DNA from: a virus
IMG/VR virus record: IMGVR_UViG_3300008116_000027
Coordinates: 1 to 64,000 of that record
Direction: 5' to 3' (one strand)
Length of the DNA stretch: 64,000 bases
The notes beneath the pieces were generated by a model that saw only the letters and a list, made by a program, of their open reading frames with translations, made no database searches and was not told the DNA's origin. The position numbers were made by a program, and so were the translations under genes. Positions 36,388 through 45,801 of this stretch are shown piece by piece (the first letter of the stretch is position 1; each line of letters opens with the position of its first letter).

Positions 36388-36976
36388 TGTTCAAAGATTT
36401 GAAAAAATATCATATTATAAAAACGTTATAGACGATCCTAAATCACTAATCAATTTAATAGAGGAGTCAGATAAAAATTTAACGTCAGATACTAGTATCC
36501 CAAGTTGGCAAGAATGGAATGCTAGCGGAGATAGTCCTTATCAATTTGGTTATCAAAAAAGATTTAACAATAATGTTGAAGCTGATACTTCTCTAGAAAT
36601 TAAAAAAATAAATATGACATTAAAAAATGCTATTGTAGATGCATCTAATGATTATTCAAAAGAATATGGTATAAATATAGGAACATTAATGCCTTTATCT
36701 ATAAGTAAGTATTCCACTGGAAAATCTATGGGCCCTCATGTAGACGATTATAATAATGGAGATGACCCAAACATATCAGTAGTTTTATATTTAAATGATA
36801 ATTATGACGGTGGTGAGATTAATTTCCCAAATCAAAACATAACAATAAAACCAGAAGCAGGAAGCATTGTGATATTCCCATCTGTAGAGCCATATTACCA
36901 CGAATCCCTACCAGTTATTTCTGGTATTAAATATATGTCTCCTGGATTTTGGCGTAAAGTAGACAAGGTGGTATAA
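36380..36976 (+). CDS. 2OG-Fe(II) oxygenase
   Basis: HVD, YLNDNYDGGEINF, IFPSVEPYYHES and SGIKY. Confidence 0.92.
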   Translation: MPNVQRFEKISYYKNVIDDPKSLINLIEESDKNLTSDTSIPSWQEWNASGDSPYQFGYQKRFNNNVEADTSLEIKKINMTLKNAIVDASNDYSKEYGINIGTLMPLSISKYSTGKSMGPHVDDYNNGDDPNISVVLYLNDNYDGGEINFPNQNITIKPEAGSIVIFPSVEPYYHESLPVISGIKYMSPGFWRKVDKVV

Positions 36977-36983
36977 TTTAAAA

Positions 36984-38087
36984 ATGGCCACTATTCCAAA
37001 TGATAAAAACTGGAGATTCCCAGACTACACAGATTCACCAGATATACCAAGAGATATTTCTTATTTAGCTGCAGATATTTCAGAGTATATAGATTCTCAC
37101 CCAGGTCCACAAGGTGAGCAGGGGGATACTGGACCAGCAGGACCAGCAAACGTTTTATCAGTCGGAACAGTAACAACTGGACCAGCAGAGTCTTCAGCCT
37201 CAGTTACAATTACTGGTACATCACCAGAGCAAACAATCAATTTTACAATTCCTCGTGGCGATACTGGAGCAACTGGTGCAACTGGCGCACAAGGTATTCA
37301 GGGAATACAGGGCATACAAGGAGAACAAGGAATTCAAGGTATACAAGGAGAAAAGGGCGACAAGGGCGATACTGGTGCAACTGGCGCAACAGGACCTCAA
37401 GGTATACAAGGCGAAAAAGGTGATGATGGTGACCAGGGCATACAAGGAGAACAAGGAACTGGCGTTAATATATTAGGTTCTTATGCTAATCTTACAGCAC
37501 TACAGACAGCACATCCAACTGGAAGCTCTGGAGATGCATATTTAATAGATAATGATTTATATGTTTGGTCTCAATCAACATCTTCATGGATAAACGTTGG
37601 AACAATAAGAGGCCCACAAGGTATTCAAGGAGAGCATGGCATACAGGGTCCAAAAGGCGATAAGGGAGATACTGGCGATACTGGAGCAACTGGTGCACAA
37701 GGACCGCAAGGCCCACAAGGCGAACCAGGATTAACAGGAGCAGACGGAGCAGACGGAGCAGACGGAGCAGACGGTCAAGACCTTACATCAGTATTTACAA
37801 TATCACAAAAATCTACATCTTACACATTAGTGGCATCAGATCTTGGAAAATTAATAGAAATGTCAAATGGCGGAGATCTAATTATACCAACAGATTCAGA
37901 AATATTTGATATCGGATCTACTATAGATATAATTCAAACTGGATCATCGCAAGTAACAATAGGCGGAGATACTGGTGTAACAGTAAACTCAACCCCAGGA
38001 TTAAAATTAAGAGCACAGTGGTCATCTGCAACATTAATTAAAAGAGGAAATAATCTTTGGGTTGCTGTAGGCGATTTGAGCGTCTAA
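36984..38087 (+). CDS. collagen-like fibre with C-terminal adaptor-like domain
   Basis: Gly-X-Y runs (GPQ, GIQ, GAT, GAD); C-terminal ~90 aa paralogous to that of 26526-29000. Confidence 0.88.
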   Translation: MATIPNDKNWRFPDYTDSPDIPRDISYLAADISEYIDSHPGPQGEQGDTGPAGPANVLSVGTVTTGPAESSASVTITGTSPEQTINFTIPRGDTGATGATGAQGIQGIQGIQGEQGIQGIQGEKGDKGDTGATGATGPQGIQGEKGDDGDQGIQGEQGTGVNILGSYANLTALQTAHPTGSSGDAYLIDNDLYVWSQSTSSWINVGTIRGPQGIQGEHGIQGPKGDKGDTGDTGATGAQGPQGPQGEPGLTGADGADGADGADGQDLTSVFTISQKSTSYTLVASDLGKLIEMSNGGDLIIPTDSEIFDIGSTIDIIQTGSSQVTIGGDTGVTVNSTPGLKLRAQWSSATLIKRGNNLWVAVGDLSV

Positions 38088-38088
38088 A

Positions 38089-39003
38089 ATGCCAAAAAGA
38101 AATCGTGGTAGATCTGGTACAAGAAAAACAAATGTTCCAAATTATTTAGGACAAACTTCTACCGACACGCAAACATCTTTAACAAATCTTGGATTTGTTT
38201 ATATATATAATACAACCGATACTACAACAGAGTCTGATAATTTAAAAATATATTCACAAAGTATTTCTTCTGGTCAATTATATACTTTGGGATCACAAGT
38301 TTCAGTTGAATATTATGTGTATGTTGCGCCGTTCTTCCCACCGTTCTTTCCATTTTTCCCACCCTATTTCCCACCGTTCTTTCCATTTTTCCCACCCTAT
38401 TTCCCACCGTTCTTTCCATTTTTCCCACCCTATTTCCCACCGTTCTTTCCATTTTTCCCACCAAGATTTGCCCCAGTGGGTCCTTATTTCCCAGCATGCC
38501 TAGATGAAAACACTTTAGTGTTAACTAACGAAGGAATGAAGCCAGCTAAAGATATTAAGGTCGGGGATACATTATTAACAGTTGATGCATTAGGATTGTC
38601 TAATCAACCAAATGCAACCCCACTTGAAATTAATGTTAAAAATCTTAATATAACAAACTTAAGATCTACACAGGTTACAAATGTAATTGTTTCTGATAAA
38701 ACAGATAGAGTCTATTTTAATGAAAATACAGAAATTCAATTTACTGAAACTCACCCAATATTCGTAAAACGAAATAATGAATATCGTGTAGTAGAAGCGG
38801 GATCAGTTCAAGAGGGAGATATCATTATAATTATAAATATAAGTCTCTTAAAAGAACAAATAAATATATCAGAAGTAATAACTGAAACTGTAATAAATAA
38901 AGTTGAAAAGAAAACTTTAGATGTTGCAAAAAATGTATATACGTTTAGCTGTGATCCATATAATTGGTATTTTGCTGGAAATATATTAACTCACAATAAG
39001 TAG
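38089..39003 (+). CDS. PASTA-like + poly(Pro/Phe/Tyr) tract + C-terminal Hint domain protein
   Basis: VPNYLGQT......L.NLGF...SQS..SG....GSQV; tract at aa ~81-135; Hint from C137 (CLDENT, TETHP, THNK-stop). Confidence 0.85.
   Translation: MPKRNRGRSGTRKTNVPNYLGQTSTDTQTSLTNLGFVYIYNTTDTTTESDNLKIYSQSISSGQLYTLGSQVSVEYYVYVAPFFPPFFPFFPPYFPPFFPFFPPYFPPFFPFFPPYFPPFFPFFPPRFAPVGPYFPACLDENTLVLTNEGMKPAKDIKVGDTLLTVDALGLSNQPNATPLEINVKNLNITNLRSTQVTNVIVSDKTDRVYFNENTEIQFTETHPIFVKRNNEYRVVEAGSVQEGDIIIIINISLLKEQINISEVITETVINKVEKKTLDVAKNVYTFSCDPYNWYFAGNILTHNK
38329..38463 (+). repeat. 33-nt tandem repeat encoding FPPFFPFFPPY (~4 units)
   Basis: TTCCCACCGTTCTTTCCATTTTTCCCACCCTAT repeated exactly. Confidence 0.95.
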
Positions 39004-39021
39004 ATTGGAGGTTGTCAATAA

Positions 39022-40872
39022 ATGTCATATAAACTTAAAATATTAAAAGACCATCCTATTGGATTTTGGCAACTTGATGATGTGGCTACAAATCCTACTT
39101 TTGACTTTACTGATATTTTAGAAAAATATGATACCTATCAAGATTTATTAGATGCATATGAAGACTATGCAAATATAAACTATTTTGCAGAAGATAGTTC
39201 TGGATGCTCTAATACTGGACTGTATGTCGGAACTTTTGATACTAATAAAAAATATTTTCCTTTATCTCCAGGAGGAAGATATTCTATAGATATAACATCA
39301 TCTAAAAGTATAGATTTCCCAATAATTAATAGTTACTATAAAAATAATGCACCTGGCGGTTTTGCTACAAGAGATTATGGAGATAATGATTTTACACTAG
39401 AATGCTGGATCTACCCAGAAATAACCACTAATTCTTTAACAACAATATTTGCCGATAGTAGTAAAAATGTTGGCATATTTTACCAAAATGGAAATATCAT
39501 TTTTAAATTAGATCAAGAACTTTTAGAATATACATTACCAATTATAAATAAATCAATGCATATAGTTGCAGTATATTTAGTAACAGAAGCTCATTTATAT
39601 ATAGATGGCAAACTATCCATTAGTAAAACAATATCTTCTAATCCATTTACCAATACTGAAATTTTATTAACCTCTGGGCCCACATCAAATTTAAACGATA
39701 AATTTTTAATAGACGATATAGCAGTATATAGATATGGTCTATCTAATATAAAAATATTAGATCATTATTATAATGATAGCTATACAAATCCATCTCAAAT
39801 AATACAAGTAGACAATGGAGAAATTTTTGAATTTTACGATACAGATATAAGTAAAGTTTTTTCTTATTCATATCCTTTAAATAGGCCCTGGCAAGAAGTC
39901 GTGACAGAAGATTTATATTATGACCAAACAAATCAATATATACAAATTAAAAAAAGTGGCGTACAAGAGTCTAAGTCTATTGTAATAGAAGATACAATAT
40001 ACTTACCAGCAGCAACTTCTATAAATTCTTCAAAAATAGATTGGTTTGGAGATAATGGAATTACTGTTGAAACTAGTATTAATGGAGAAGATTATGAATT
40101 GTGTATCAACGGACAGTCTATACCACAATACACCTCATTAAATTTTAACAATAGTAGAGTTTTAAATATAAAAATAACAATAGGCTCAACGGACATTTCT
40201 AAATATTTACCAAAATTATATAATTTAAATATTAGTTTTTATAATAATCAAATTATGTATTCAAAAAATGGAACAAGCTATTTGTCAAAAATTGAAAATA
40301 AAGACTATTATTTAGGAGAAAATAAATACCCAATTTTATCTAGGGATCCAAGAAATGGAATATTGTGTCCAAGTAACTCTGGATTTAATATTAATTTATT
40401 TCAATTAAAACAATCAATAGAATTTTTTTATACACCATATAGTTTAAATAAAGGTCTACTAATTAGCTCAATTATAGATGAAGACGGGGCAGCCAGCGAA
40501 TATTCATGGAATACAGATGGATCAATTAATCAAACTAACATAGAGTCTATTTATGTCAATGGTATAGATGTTTCTCTAGAAGATGACATATCTAATATAT
40601 TTACATTAAACGATATACATCACGTTGTGATTAATTTTACAGACCCTATATATGGGCTAGCAACAATCAACTACAAGTCATCTGGTTCAACAAAAGCCCT
40701 ATATCAATATATGTCATTTTACCAGAATTCATTAAGTTATAATACTATAATTAATCATTATCGTTTATATACCTCTAGAGACCTATATCAAACAAGTTAT
40801 TCTTCCATGTTTATGTCAGAAAACTCAGTTAATCTATATAATAATGACTGGATTGTGGTACAAAACTCATAA
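39022..40872 (+). CDS. LamG/ConA-like domain virion protein
   Basis: DHPIGFWQLD, DFTLECW, HIVAVY...LYIDG and IDDIAVYRYGL motifs. Confidence 0.75.
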   Translation: MSYKLKILKDHPIGFWQLDDVATNPTFDFTDILEKYDTYQDLLDAYEDYANINYFAEDSSGCSNTGLYVGTFDTNKKYFPLSPGGRYSIDITSSKSIDFPIINSYYKNNAPGGFATRDYGDNDFTLECWIYPEITTNSLTTIFADSSKNVGIFYQNGNIIFKLDQELLEYTLPIINKSMHIVAVYLVTEAHLYIDGKLSISKTISSNPFTNTEILLTSGPTSNLNDKFLIDDIAVYRYGLSNIKILDHYYNDSYTNPSQIIQVDNGEIFEFYDTDISKVFSYSYPLNRPWQEVVTEDLYYDQTNQYIQIKKSGVQESKSIVIEDTIYLPAATSINSSKIDWFGDNGITVETSINGEDYELCINGQSIPQYTSLNFNNSRVLNIKITIGSTDISKYLPKLYNLNISFYNNQIMYSKNGTSYLSKIENKDYYLGENKYPILSRDPRNGILCPSNSGFNINLFQLKQSIEFFYTPYSLNKGLLISSIIDEDGAASEYSWNTDGSINQTNIESIYVNGIDVSLEDDISNIFTLNDIHHVVINFTDPIYGLATINYKSSGSTKALYQYMSFYQNSLSYNTIINHYRLYTSRDLYQTSYSSMFMSENSVNLYNNDWIVVQNS

Positions 40873-40935
40873 TTATGTCAACTGTCTTGACAATATATGG
40901 ACTTTAACCGTAAGTAATGGTAGAATTGAGACCTA

Positions 40936-41271
40936 ATGGATATTAAAAATGTTAATCAAAAAGTAATAGAGGAAACAACTCTAGGAATATATGTGTGGGA
41001 AATGCCAGACGGAAGATGGATTGGCGATGACGATGGCAATTTTCTATCAATAACATCTAAAAAAGGCAACCGCTCAAAAATGGACACATTAGCAAAAGCC
41101 GTAAGATCTTATGGAATTTATGAGGGACAGCCTAAATTTTTATCAGGCAGACGTAAAATTGATGATGAAGAATTTGAATATCAAAAACAAAGATTAGATT
41201 GGGGACTAACACCAGACCCACTAGATATTGGTGTATATAAAGATTCAATTAAAAATGGAGGAAGACCATAA
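40936..41271 (+). CDS. conserved hypothetical protein preceding the portal
   Basis: 111-aa ORF, TAATG-coupled to the portal. Confidence 0.8.
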   Translation: MDIKNVNQKVIEETTLGIYVWEMPDGRWIGDDDGNFLSITSKKGNRSKMDTLAKAVRSYGIYEGQPKFLSGRRKIDDEEFEYQKQRLDWGLTPDPLDIGVYKDSIKNGGRP

Positions 41272-42857
41272 TGGAGTTCATTAACGACGACACAGATCCT
41301 ACACAAAATATAGATATATCAAACTCTGCCGACTGGATGAGATTTAACAGCAAAGAAGTTGTAGTAGACAATGATCCATTTAGTATTGGAGAAGCAGAGT
41401 TAAAAAAAGTTAATGGTCTTGGAACAAGTTTTCGTAGAAAGATGTCTAGAGAATTTTCTAAAAGATTTATCGGTCAAGATGGAACTGGAACACAGCAGAA
41501 TTTATTGCAGCAGGCAGTTACGGGATATGCAATGTTCGATCTCGTTCAACCAGTATACAACCTAGAATATCTATCAAAGATTTATGAAATATCTCCTTAT
41601 AATTACGCAGCAATTAATGCAAAAGTTGCAAATATTGTAGGGCTTGGGTATACGTTCGTAGAAACAAAAAAAGCAAATGATGCACTAGACAATATTTCAG
41701 ATGAAAAACAATTAGATAGGGCACGTAGAAAATTAAATAAGCTTCGTCAAGATTTAGATTATTGGCTAGAAGAAACAAACGAAGAAGAAACATTTACAGA
41801 AACATTAATTAAAGCCTATACAGATTTAGAAGCTACTGGTAATGGCTTTATTGAAATTGGTAGAACCACTGCTGGCAATATAGGATACATAGGACATATC
41901 CCAGCAAAGACTATGCGTGTTCGTCGTTTGCGTGATGGATTTATTCAATTGCTATATGGTAAGGCTGTATATTTTAGAAACTTTGGAGATCAAGAAACCC
42001 CTAATCCAATAGCGGATGGAACAGATAGACCAAATGAAATTATTCATTTAAAGAAATATACTCCAATGAATAATTACTACGGGCTACCAGATATAGTTGC
42101 AGCACAAACATCAATGGCTGGAAATGAATTTGCTGGTAAATATAATTTAGACTATTTTGAAAATAAAGCAGTTCCACGATATGTTATTACTGTAAAGGGA
42201 GCAAAGCTTTCCCCAGAATCCGAAAGAAAATTATTAGAATTTTTCCAGGTAGGATTAAAAGGTAAAAATCATAGATCGTTATATGTACCGCTTCCACCAG
42301 ACAGCCCAGACTCAAAGGTTGAATTTAAAATGGAGCCTATTGAGGCAAGCTCTCAAGAGTCTTCATTTAATGTTTACCGAAAGGCAAATAGAGACGAAAT
42401 ATTATTAGCTCACAGAGTTCCTATTAATAAAATAGGAGTTCCAGAAGGAATTAGTCTAGCATCTGCAAGAGACGCAGATAAAATGTTCAAAGAGCAGGTA
42501 TGTCGTCCAGCACAGGATATTTTAGAGAAGAAATTAAATAGAATTATTTCTGAAAAAACAGATGCCTTAATTCTTAAATTTAATGAATTAACCCTAACTG
42601 ACGAAGATACTCAATCTAAAATTGATGAACGTTATTTAAGAATGCAGGTAATTACTCCAAATGAAGTTAGAATTAGAAAGGGTATGGTGCCTAGGGATGG
42701 CGGAGATAATGTTGTTGATTTAAAAGCTCAAGGGGCAGCCGAACAAACCGCTCAAGCAATGAATTCTAGAAATAGGACTCAGGAGAGATCTGCAAATTCA
42801 CCAGATATTTCTGGGGAGGCCAGAAATCCAAAAGGTGAGGGTCGAACCACTGCTTAA
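41271..42857 (+). CDS. portal protein
   Basis: ATGNGFIE, NEIIHLK.Y....YYGLP, YFENKAVP, EILLAHRVP and ITPNEVR motifs. Confidence 0.92.
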   Translation: MEFINDDTDPTQNIDISNSADWMRFNSKEVVVDNDPFSIGEAELKKVNGLGTSFRRKMSREFSKRFIGQDGTGTQQNLLQQAVTGYAMFDLVQPVYNLEYLSKIYEISPYNYAAINAKVANIVGLGYTFVETKKANDALDNISDEKQLDRARRKLNKLRQDLDYWLEETNEEETFTETLIKAYTDLEATGNGFIEIGRTTAGNIGYIGHIPAKTMRVRRLRDGFIQLLYGKAVYFRNFGDQETPNPIADGTDRPNEIIHLKKYTPMNNYYGLPDIVAAQTSMAGNEFAGKYNLDYFENKAVPRYVITVKGAKLSPESERKLLEFFQVGLKGKNHRSLYVPLPPDSPDSKVEFKMEPIEASSQESSFNVYRKANRDEILLAHRVPINKIGVPEGISLASARDADKMFKEQVCRPAQDILEKKLNRIISEKTDALILKFNELTLTDEDTQSKIDERYLRMQVITPNEVRIRKGMVPRDGGDNVVDLKAQGAAEQTAQAMNSRNRTQERSANSPDISGEARNPKGEGRTTA

Positions 42858-42912
42858 TTATTAGGCAACTAGTTATTTGCCTTTTTATATATACAAAGAT
42901 AAAATTAAGCAT

Positions 42913-44220
42913 ATGAATATTGAAAAATCTTATTGGTCCAGCAATGGCGATGATATCAGTTTATCTATTCCTTTCACAAAAGTCAATCGTGAAAAGAGAA
43001 CTGTCTCTGGTTTTGCGACACTAGACAACATTGATCAAACAGGAGATGTTGTAACTGCAGAGGCCAGCTTAAAAGCTTTTGAAAACTTTAGAGGAAATAT
43101 CCGTGAGATGCACGGATCAAATGCAGTCGGTAAAATGGTTTCATTTAAACCAGAAACTTACTATGACCCAAAGTCAGGTGAATTTTTTAACGGAGTATAT
43201 GTAGACGCATATATCTCAAAGGGCGCACAAGACACCTGGGAAAAAGTTTTAGACGGAACACTACAAGGATTTTCAATTGGCGGAAAAATTGTGGATTCAG
43301 AGAATGAAGTAAATAAGTCTACAGGAAATCCAGTAAGATTTATTAAAGAGTATTCATTGATTGAGCTATCAGTAGTAGACTCACCAGCAAATGAATTATG
43401 TAATATTTTATCTATTCAAAAAATGAATGGACAATTAATTTTTAAAGGAATAGCAGCAGATACTGTTACGGAAAATATTTTTTATTGTGAAGATAGCGAT
43501 TCCGTATTCATGTCAACAGACGCAACTTATACCTCACCAGTAACTGGTAAATTAGCAAGTTTAATTGGTTGGGTAGAAAGTAACGATGTTAATAAAGCAA
43601 AAGAAATAGAAAAGATTCTTGCTTCATTCAAGAAGTCAAGATTAACGTTGCCTGAAACACAAATAGCAAAACAGGCAAACGCAGAAGGAGGTAATGAAGT
43701 GTCAGAAAACACAGAAACAGTAGCAGTAGAAGAAACTGCTCCAGTAGAAGTTTCAAGCGCTGCAGAGGCAGTAATTGAAAAAGCTGTTACAGAAGATGTA
43801 GTAGCCGAAGATACTTCTGCCGAAACCGTTGAAAAAGCAGCAGACGTCTCAGAAGTCGTCGTTGATGAACCTGATTTTGCAAAAATGTTAGGTGACCTAA
43901 AAGGCTTTTTCTCAGAAACTCTAAGCAAAGCTTCAGAAGCAAATGCAGCACAAGTTACAACTATTAAAGAAACAGTTGAATCTTTTAGCAAGAGCGTAGA
44001 AACTAGAATTTCAGAGTTGGCAGAACAACACTCAGAACTCAGCAAAACTGTTGAGAACATCAAGAACACGATTGATGGTGTAGAAAAGCGTGTCGATGCA
44101 GTAGAATCAGAGACTGCAATTAAGAAGTCCTCAGACCTTGGCGGGTCTAGGGAAGTAAAAATCCAAAAATCAAAATGGAACGGTTCTTTCCTCGGTTCCG
44201 TAAACGAACTATTTAAATAA
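42913..44220 (+). CDS. HK97-type prohead protease fused to an acidic/coiled-coil scaffold
   Basis: VSGFAT...D..GD, IREMH, GFSIGG and ELSVVDSPAN; leaderless ATG 7 nt after TAAAAT. Confidence 0.88.
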   Translation: MNIEKSYWSSNGDDISLSIPFTKVNREKRTVSGFATLDNIDQTGDVVTAEASLKAFENFRGNIREMHGSNAVGKMVSFKPETYYDPKSGEFFNGVYVDAYISKGAQDTWEKVLDGTLQGFSIGGKIVDSENEVNKSTGNPVRFIKEYSLIELSVVDSPANELCNILSIQKMNGQLIFKGIAADTVTENIFYCEDSDSVFMSTDATYTSPVTGKLASLIGWVESNDVNKAKEIEKILASFKKSRLTLPETQIAKQANAEGGNEVSENTETVAVEETAPVEVSSAAEAVIEKAVTEDVVAEDTSAETVEKAADVSEVVVDEPDFAKMLGDLKGFFSETLSKASEANAAQVTTIKETVESFSKSVETRISELAEQHSELSKTVENIKNTIDGVEKRVDAVESETAIKKSSDLGGSREVKIQKSKWNGSFLGSVNELFK

Positions 44221-44240
44221 AGGGTAGGTGAAATAAATAA

Positions 44241-45293
44241 ATGAGCAATGAATTATTAGAAAAAGCAGTAGCTGCCGATACGACAGTAACTGGTACATTT
44301 GCTTCAGCAACTGGAGGAGAAGGAATCCACACAGGGTCAGAAAATGGCAACGGTGGTCTTCTTAATCCAGAACAGTCAGCTCGATTCCTAGACTATATGT
44401 TCGACGCAACCGTAATTGGTAAAGTCGCACGTACCGTCAGAATGAAGTCTGATACAACTGAAATTGATCGCATGGGCGTAGGCGAAAAGCTTATGAAACT
44501 TGCGACAGAAGGAGATAACACAAACAGCGACAACGCTGCAGTGACATTCTCAAAGATTTCTTTGACAACAAAGAAGTTACGTCTAGATTGGGAACTTTCA
44601 ACTGAGTCTCTAGAAGACAATATTGAGGGTGCAGATCTAGAAGATCACATTGCACGTCTAATGGCAACACAAGCTGGTAACGACATTGAAGATTTGGTTC
44701 TTAACGGAAACACATCTCTATCATCTGATCAGCTTTACAAGGCATTTGACGGAGCAGTTAAGCTTTCAAAGACAAACGGTCACGTAGTTGACGCAGGTGG
44801 AGATACAATCTCCCGTGCAGTATTTAATGATGCGCTTAAGGCTCTTCCACGTAAATACAAGCAACGCCGTACAGACCTACGTTTCTTGTCAGGTTCAAAC
44901 TTGATTCAAGATTACTTATATGCAACTTCACAAAATATCCAAAACGTTAACCCACAAGATATTGCTTCTGGCATTATTCGTGGTGAGGTAGCACCTGTAT
45001 CTGGCCCAGCTGGATATGTAGCTCCATACGCATTTGGTATTCCAATCGTTGAAGTTCCATTACTAAATGAGACACAAACTGGCTCATACTCAGGAGCAAC
45101 AGGATCACACGGTGACGTCCACTTGACATTCCCAAATAACGTAGTTATTGGTATCAAGCGTGATGTAACTGTATACCGATTCTTCTGGCCAAAGAAGGAC
45201 TCAATCGAGTACACAATGTATACTCGTGTTGGCGTTCAAATTGAGCAAGCAGATGCTTGGGTAGTAGTAAAGAACGTAAAGGTTGCTTCTTAA
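44241..45293 (+). CDS. major capsid protein
   Basis: Position after the protease; GGLLNPEQS..F, LEDNIEG and DIEDL..NG; biased codon usage; strong terminator follows. Confidence 0.92.
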   Translation: MSNELLEKAVAADTTVTGTFASATGGEGIHTGSENGNGGLLNPEQSARFLDYMFDATVIGKVARTVRMKSDTTEIDRMGVGEKLMKLATEGDNTNSDNAAVTFSKISLTTKKLRLDWELSTESLEDNIEGADLEDHIARLMATQAGNDIEDLVLNGNTSLSSDQLYKAFDGAVKLSKTNGHVVDAGGDTISRAVFNDALKALPRKYKQRRTDLRFLSGSNLIQDYLYATSQNIQNVNPQDIASGIIRGEVAPVSGPAGYVAPYAFGIPIVEVPLLNETQTGSYSGATGSHGDVHLTFPNNVVIGIKRDVTVYRFFWPKKDSIEYTMYTRVGVQIEQADAWVVVKNVKVAS

Positions 45294-45310
45294 TTAAGAA
45301 TTAACCATAT

Positions 45311-45343
45311 TGAAGGCCCCCAATTAATTTTGGGGGCTTTTCA
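45311..45343 (+). terminator. intrinsic terminator after MCP
   Basis: GAAGGCCCCCAA...TTGGGGGCTTTTC. Confidence 0.85.
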
Positions 45344-45391
45344 TTTAAATTTAGTAATGATATAATTAAAGAACTAGACTAAGGAGAATAT

Positions 45392-45787
45392 ATGTCATTT
45401 GAGACATTAAAACTATCTGAAATTAAAAAAGTAGCCGAAGACTTTGGCGTAGATATAGAAGCACTAAAAAGCAAGAACGATATTATTGCAGCATTAGCTG
45501 AAGAAGGCGTAACCTGGTCAATATATCAAAAGACAATTAAAGATATAGCAGATGCCACAGAAGAGATTGAGGTTTTACCAAGGTTTGATGCTAAAAAGAA
45601 TCAAGACAAAGATTCAGTTTTAGTTAGAATGGAAAGAGCAAATCATAGATATGATACTATGGGATTTACATTTACAAGTACACACCCATTTGTAGCAATG
45701 TCTGAGGAACAAGCTCAAGAAATTTTTGATAGGGAGGAAGGTTTTAGATTAGCCACACCAAAGGAAGTTCAAGACTTCTATAACTAA
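45392..45787 (+). CDS. hypothetical head-associated protein (Rho-N/HeH-like N-terminus)
   Basis: LKLSEIKKVAEDFGV.....K.DII.AL pattern. Confidence 0.65.
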   Translation: MSFETLKLSEIKKVAEDFGVDIEALKSKNDIIAALAEEGVTWSIYQKTIKDIADATEEIEVLPRFDAKKNQDKDSVLVRMERANHRYDTMGFTFTSTHPFVAMSEEQAQEIFDREEGFRLATPKEVQDFYN

Positions 45788-45801
45788 TCTAAGCCTATAA
45801 T

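Noticed and set aside
29604-38463. Tandem repeats as a CRISPR array
   Set aside because: Units are contiguous with no unique spacers, are in-frame coding, and no cas genes are visible
26526-39003. Diversity-generating retroelement (Mtd_N-like fibre plus two similar Hint sequences as TR/VR)
   Set aside because: No reverse transcriptase in the window; the differences I inspected between the two Hint genes are mostly synonymous and not adenine-specific
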